A stretch of DNA of 40,839 nucleotides, from positions 1 to 40,839 of the forward strand of contig CANQMG010000003.1 in NCBI GenBank assembly GCA_947624925.1, written 5' to 3'. The notes beneath the pieces were generated by a model. That model saw only the letters and a program-made list of their open reading frames with translations. It was not told the origin of the DNA and searched no databases. The translations under genes were made by a program, and so were the position numbers. This DNA is from an uncultured Clostridia bacterium (GTDB taxonomy: Bacteria > Bacillota > Clostridia > TANB77 > CAG-508). Shown piece after piece: positions 38,849 to 40,839 of the stretch; within the stretch, counting starts at the first letter, position 1; the number at the start of each line of letters is the position of its first letter.

Positions 38849-40046
38849 TTAGCTAAGTAGAAAGTCTATTATATTTATTACTTCTATTCCTTCGATTTGC
38901 TTATTTTTTACTTTATCCATTGTTAAAATAACCTTTTTATAATTATCTTTTATAGCGAGCAGTGAATTTTTTTCTCGTTCTTCAACTTTTTCATCTAATA
39001 TACTTCTTGTTACTTGATAATATATTTTTTCATTTGGTTTAATTGCAATAAAATCTATTTCTATATCATTATATTTTCCTACATAAACTTCATATCCGTC
39101 TGCGAAGTAATTCGATATATATTAAATTTTCAAAGCTACTTCCACTATCATAGGATGAAAGTCCGTCTATAATGTTCTTTAATCCATTATCTACAAAATA
39201 ATATTTTCCTTGTGTTTTTAAAAGTTGCTTTCCCTTTAATTCGTATCTTGGAACTCTATATATAAAATAAGCATTCTCAATCATTCTTAAGTATGAATCC
39301 ACAGTTTCATTTGTAACTGTACTTCCATTCTTTTGCATAAATTCTGAAATATTATTAGGTGTAGTTAAGTTACCTATGCATGATGCCATATATTTTATCA
39401 AATTGTCCAAAAAAACAACGTCTTTTATTTTATTTCTACCTATAACATCTTTTTTTAGTACAACTTCTTTAATGTCCGTTAAATAGTTAATAATCATTTC
39501 TTCATTATCATTCATATTAACAATCATCGGCATTCCACCAAATTTTAAATATTTATCGAATTTATCATATTTATCTGCATCTTCTTTGAAAGGATATTCT
39601 TCTATAAATTCTTTGAAGGAAAATGGATATATTTTTATTGTTAAAACTCTACCAGCAAGTAATGTAGTTAATTCACTTGATAAAAGGTAAGCATTTGAAC
39701 CTGTAATATAAATATCACAATCAATATCAACCAATAATGAGTTTACTGCCTTTTCCCAGCTTTCTACATTCTGAACTTCATCTAACAAAATATAATTTTT
39801 ACCTTTTGAAATATGGCTTTTTATGTAAGAGTATAAATCTTTGTAGTTTTTTATAGCATACCAATCCGCACTTTCAAAATTCATAAAGATTATATTTTTT
39901 TCTGGTATTTTTTGTGAGATTAAATATTCTCTATATTGCAATAATAATGTGCTTTTTCCACTTCTCCTAACTCCAGTTATAACTTTTATTAAATTTAAAT
40001 CTTTACTTTTTATTAATTGGTTTAAATAATATTCTCTTTTTAACAT
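38849..40046 (-). CDS. AAA_14 + DUF4143 ATPase, interrupted by a +1 frameshift at 39098 (398 aa if corrected)
   Basis: Walker A GVRRSGKS, Walker B LLDEVQ, ITGSNA, GGMP, KYYFVDNGL. After ENLIYIELLRR the +1 frame continues GYEVYVGKYNDIEIDFIA...YYQV...IIDFLLS* to TAA at 38849. Confidence 0.88.
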
Positions 40047-40087
40047 AGTTTTCCTCCACTAAAATGTATATCAAATACTTTAATTTT

Positions 40088-40142
40088 ATTTTACAATACT
40101 ATTTTGATTTTGTCAAGTTTTACGTTTATAAACGTAAAACTT
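40088..40142 (-). promoter_or_regulatory. sigmaA promoter of the ATPase with an adjacent perfect 28-bp palindrome
   Basis: Minus strand TTGACA (40116-40111)-17 bp-TAAAAT (40093-40088); palindrome AAGTTTTACGTTTATAAACGTAAAACTT at 40115-40142. Confidence 0.75.
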
Positions 40143-40400
40143 ATAAAAATTACATTTTTTACGTTTATATATATTATATGTAAATTTTTTGCTTATTATT
40201 CTAAACTTAATTTCTGAAATAAAATCAGGTTTACTATTCGCATAATTTGCTTCATTAATATTTGAACCTATACTAGTAGCACTTTTAATAATTTGCTTAG
40301 AAATAATTGTTTCTTTCTTTTCTTTTAATAAAAATTTTTGTAATTTGATAATTTCAGATGCAAAATTTAATGACTGTTCTAGTAATGGATTTTCCTTCAT
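40113..40400 (-). pseudogene. Four-helix-bundle protein (23S rRNA IVP / TIGR02436-like), truncated
   Basis: S..FA..II.L...KKE.IISKQIIKSATSIGSNINEA.YA.SK.DFIS is typical of the family. Homology stops after DFIS (no K..IALKE..ET.YWL) and the frame runs into the ATPase promoter. Confidence 0.8.
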
Positions 40401-40459
40401 AGAATAAAACCTTTCTTTGAAAGTTGTATAAAAATATATATAGAATATTAAAAATTTAA

Positions 40460-40665
40460 TGAATAATGAAGATTGAATAATTAATAATGAATAATTCCAA
40501 ATGTGCTTCTCTATTAATTAAAGCTTATTCATTTTTCATTATTCACTATTAAATATTAATTGCGGTGTGAATACACCGCACATTTGGAGGCGTACTCCGG
40601 TTTAATATTTTTGAAGTTATAGTAATATCAACACTTTTAAGATACAGGAAGCAATTTTTAATGTA
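40460..40665. repeat. Direct repeat copy 2 (about 206 bp)
   Basis: Matches 38609-38814; contains the perfect hairpin TGCGGTGT-GAAT-ACACCGCA (40561-40580). Confidence 0.9.
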
Positions 40666-40713
40666 ACTGGGATTGCGTTTATATATTTTAAAAATATAAT
40701 TACTTGAAAAATA

Positions 40714-40742
40714 TTGACTACATATCGATATTTTGATAAAAT
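40714..40742 (+). promoter_or_regulatory. sigmaA promoter
   Basis: TTGACT-17 bp-TAAAAT with a TG extension. Confidence 0.65.
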
Positions 40743-40772
40743 ATGTATATAATATTTATGGGGGTGTTTAGT

Positions 40773-40839
40773 ATGCCAATTATTAGACCAAGTTCTGATT
40801 TGAGAAATAATTATAATGAAATTTCCACAATTTGCCATC
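40773..40839 (+). CDS. Phd/YefM-family antitoxin, 5' part only (runs off the window; not in the ORF track)
   Basis: MPIIRPSSDLRNNYNEISTICH..., a typical Phd/YefM N-terminus; GGGGTG RBS. Confidence 0.8.
   Translation, partial: MPIIRPSSDLRNNYNEISTICH

Noticed and set aside
40113-40400. Four-helix-bundle gene as the Avd of a diversity-generating retroelement
   Set aside because: No reverse transcriptase in the window. The direct repeats are non-coding, and their differences are not limited to adenines of one copy.
40585-40606. TGGAGGCGTACTCCGGTTTAA resembles the reverse complement of a tRNA 3' end (…CGCCTCCA)
   Set aside because: No T-loop consensus or cloverleaf could be built. At most a degenerate att remnant, so it is not called a tRNA.
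40617-40838. 73-aa minus-strand ORF
   Set aside because: Shadow of the + strand Phd/YefM start and its promoter.

Overview
Very AT-rich chromosomal window from a spore-forming Clostridia-like firmicute (inferred from cwlD, spoIIE, a DacB-like carboxypeptidase, sigmaE-like promoters and Spo0A boxes). The backbone is housekeeping and sporulation genes, mostly on the + strand: EndA-like nuclease, cwlD, spoIIE, WG-repeat protein, acpS, tatD, lemA, htpX, G5/3D protein, xth, AI-2E transporter, rnc, Elp3-like radical SAM, YitT, ogg, permease and dac. Accessory or unusual elements: (i) an 11.2-kb gene for a 3718-aa Ig-like repeat surface protein with dockerin motifs at both ends, next to a single-cohesin LPQTG sortase substrate, suggesting a non-cellulosomal cohesin-dockerin display system; (ii) an M14 gamma-D-Glu-mDAP peptidase gene that breaks off inside its active-site motif at a palindromic junction; (iii) a PemK-like toxin with an unannotated 56-aa partner, whose promoter and RBS lie between 20-bp inverted repeats and next to three perfect Spo0A boxes; (iv) a 416-bp MITE-like element with a 13-bp target duplication; (v) a complete single-ORF IS66 that destroyed the dac stop codon; (vi) about 206-bp direct repeats with 7-nt periodic hairpins flanking an AAA/DUF4143 ATPase and a truncated four-helix-bundle gene; (vii) a +1 frameshift in that ATPase at the only in-frame CGG codon I could find by eye. 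No rRNA, intact tRNA or CRISPR array was seen. All family assignments come from motif recognition, not database searches.
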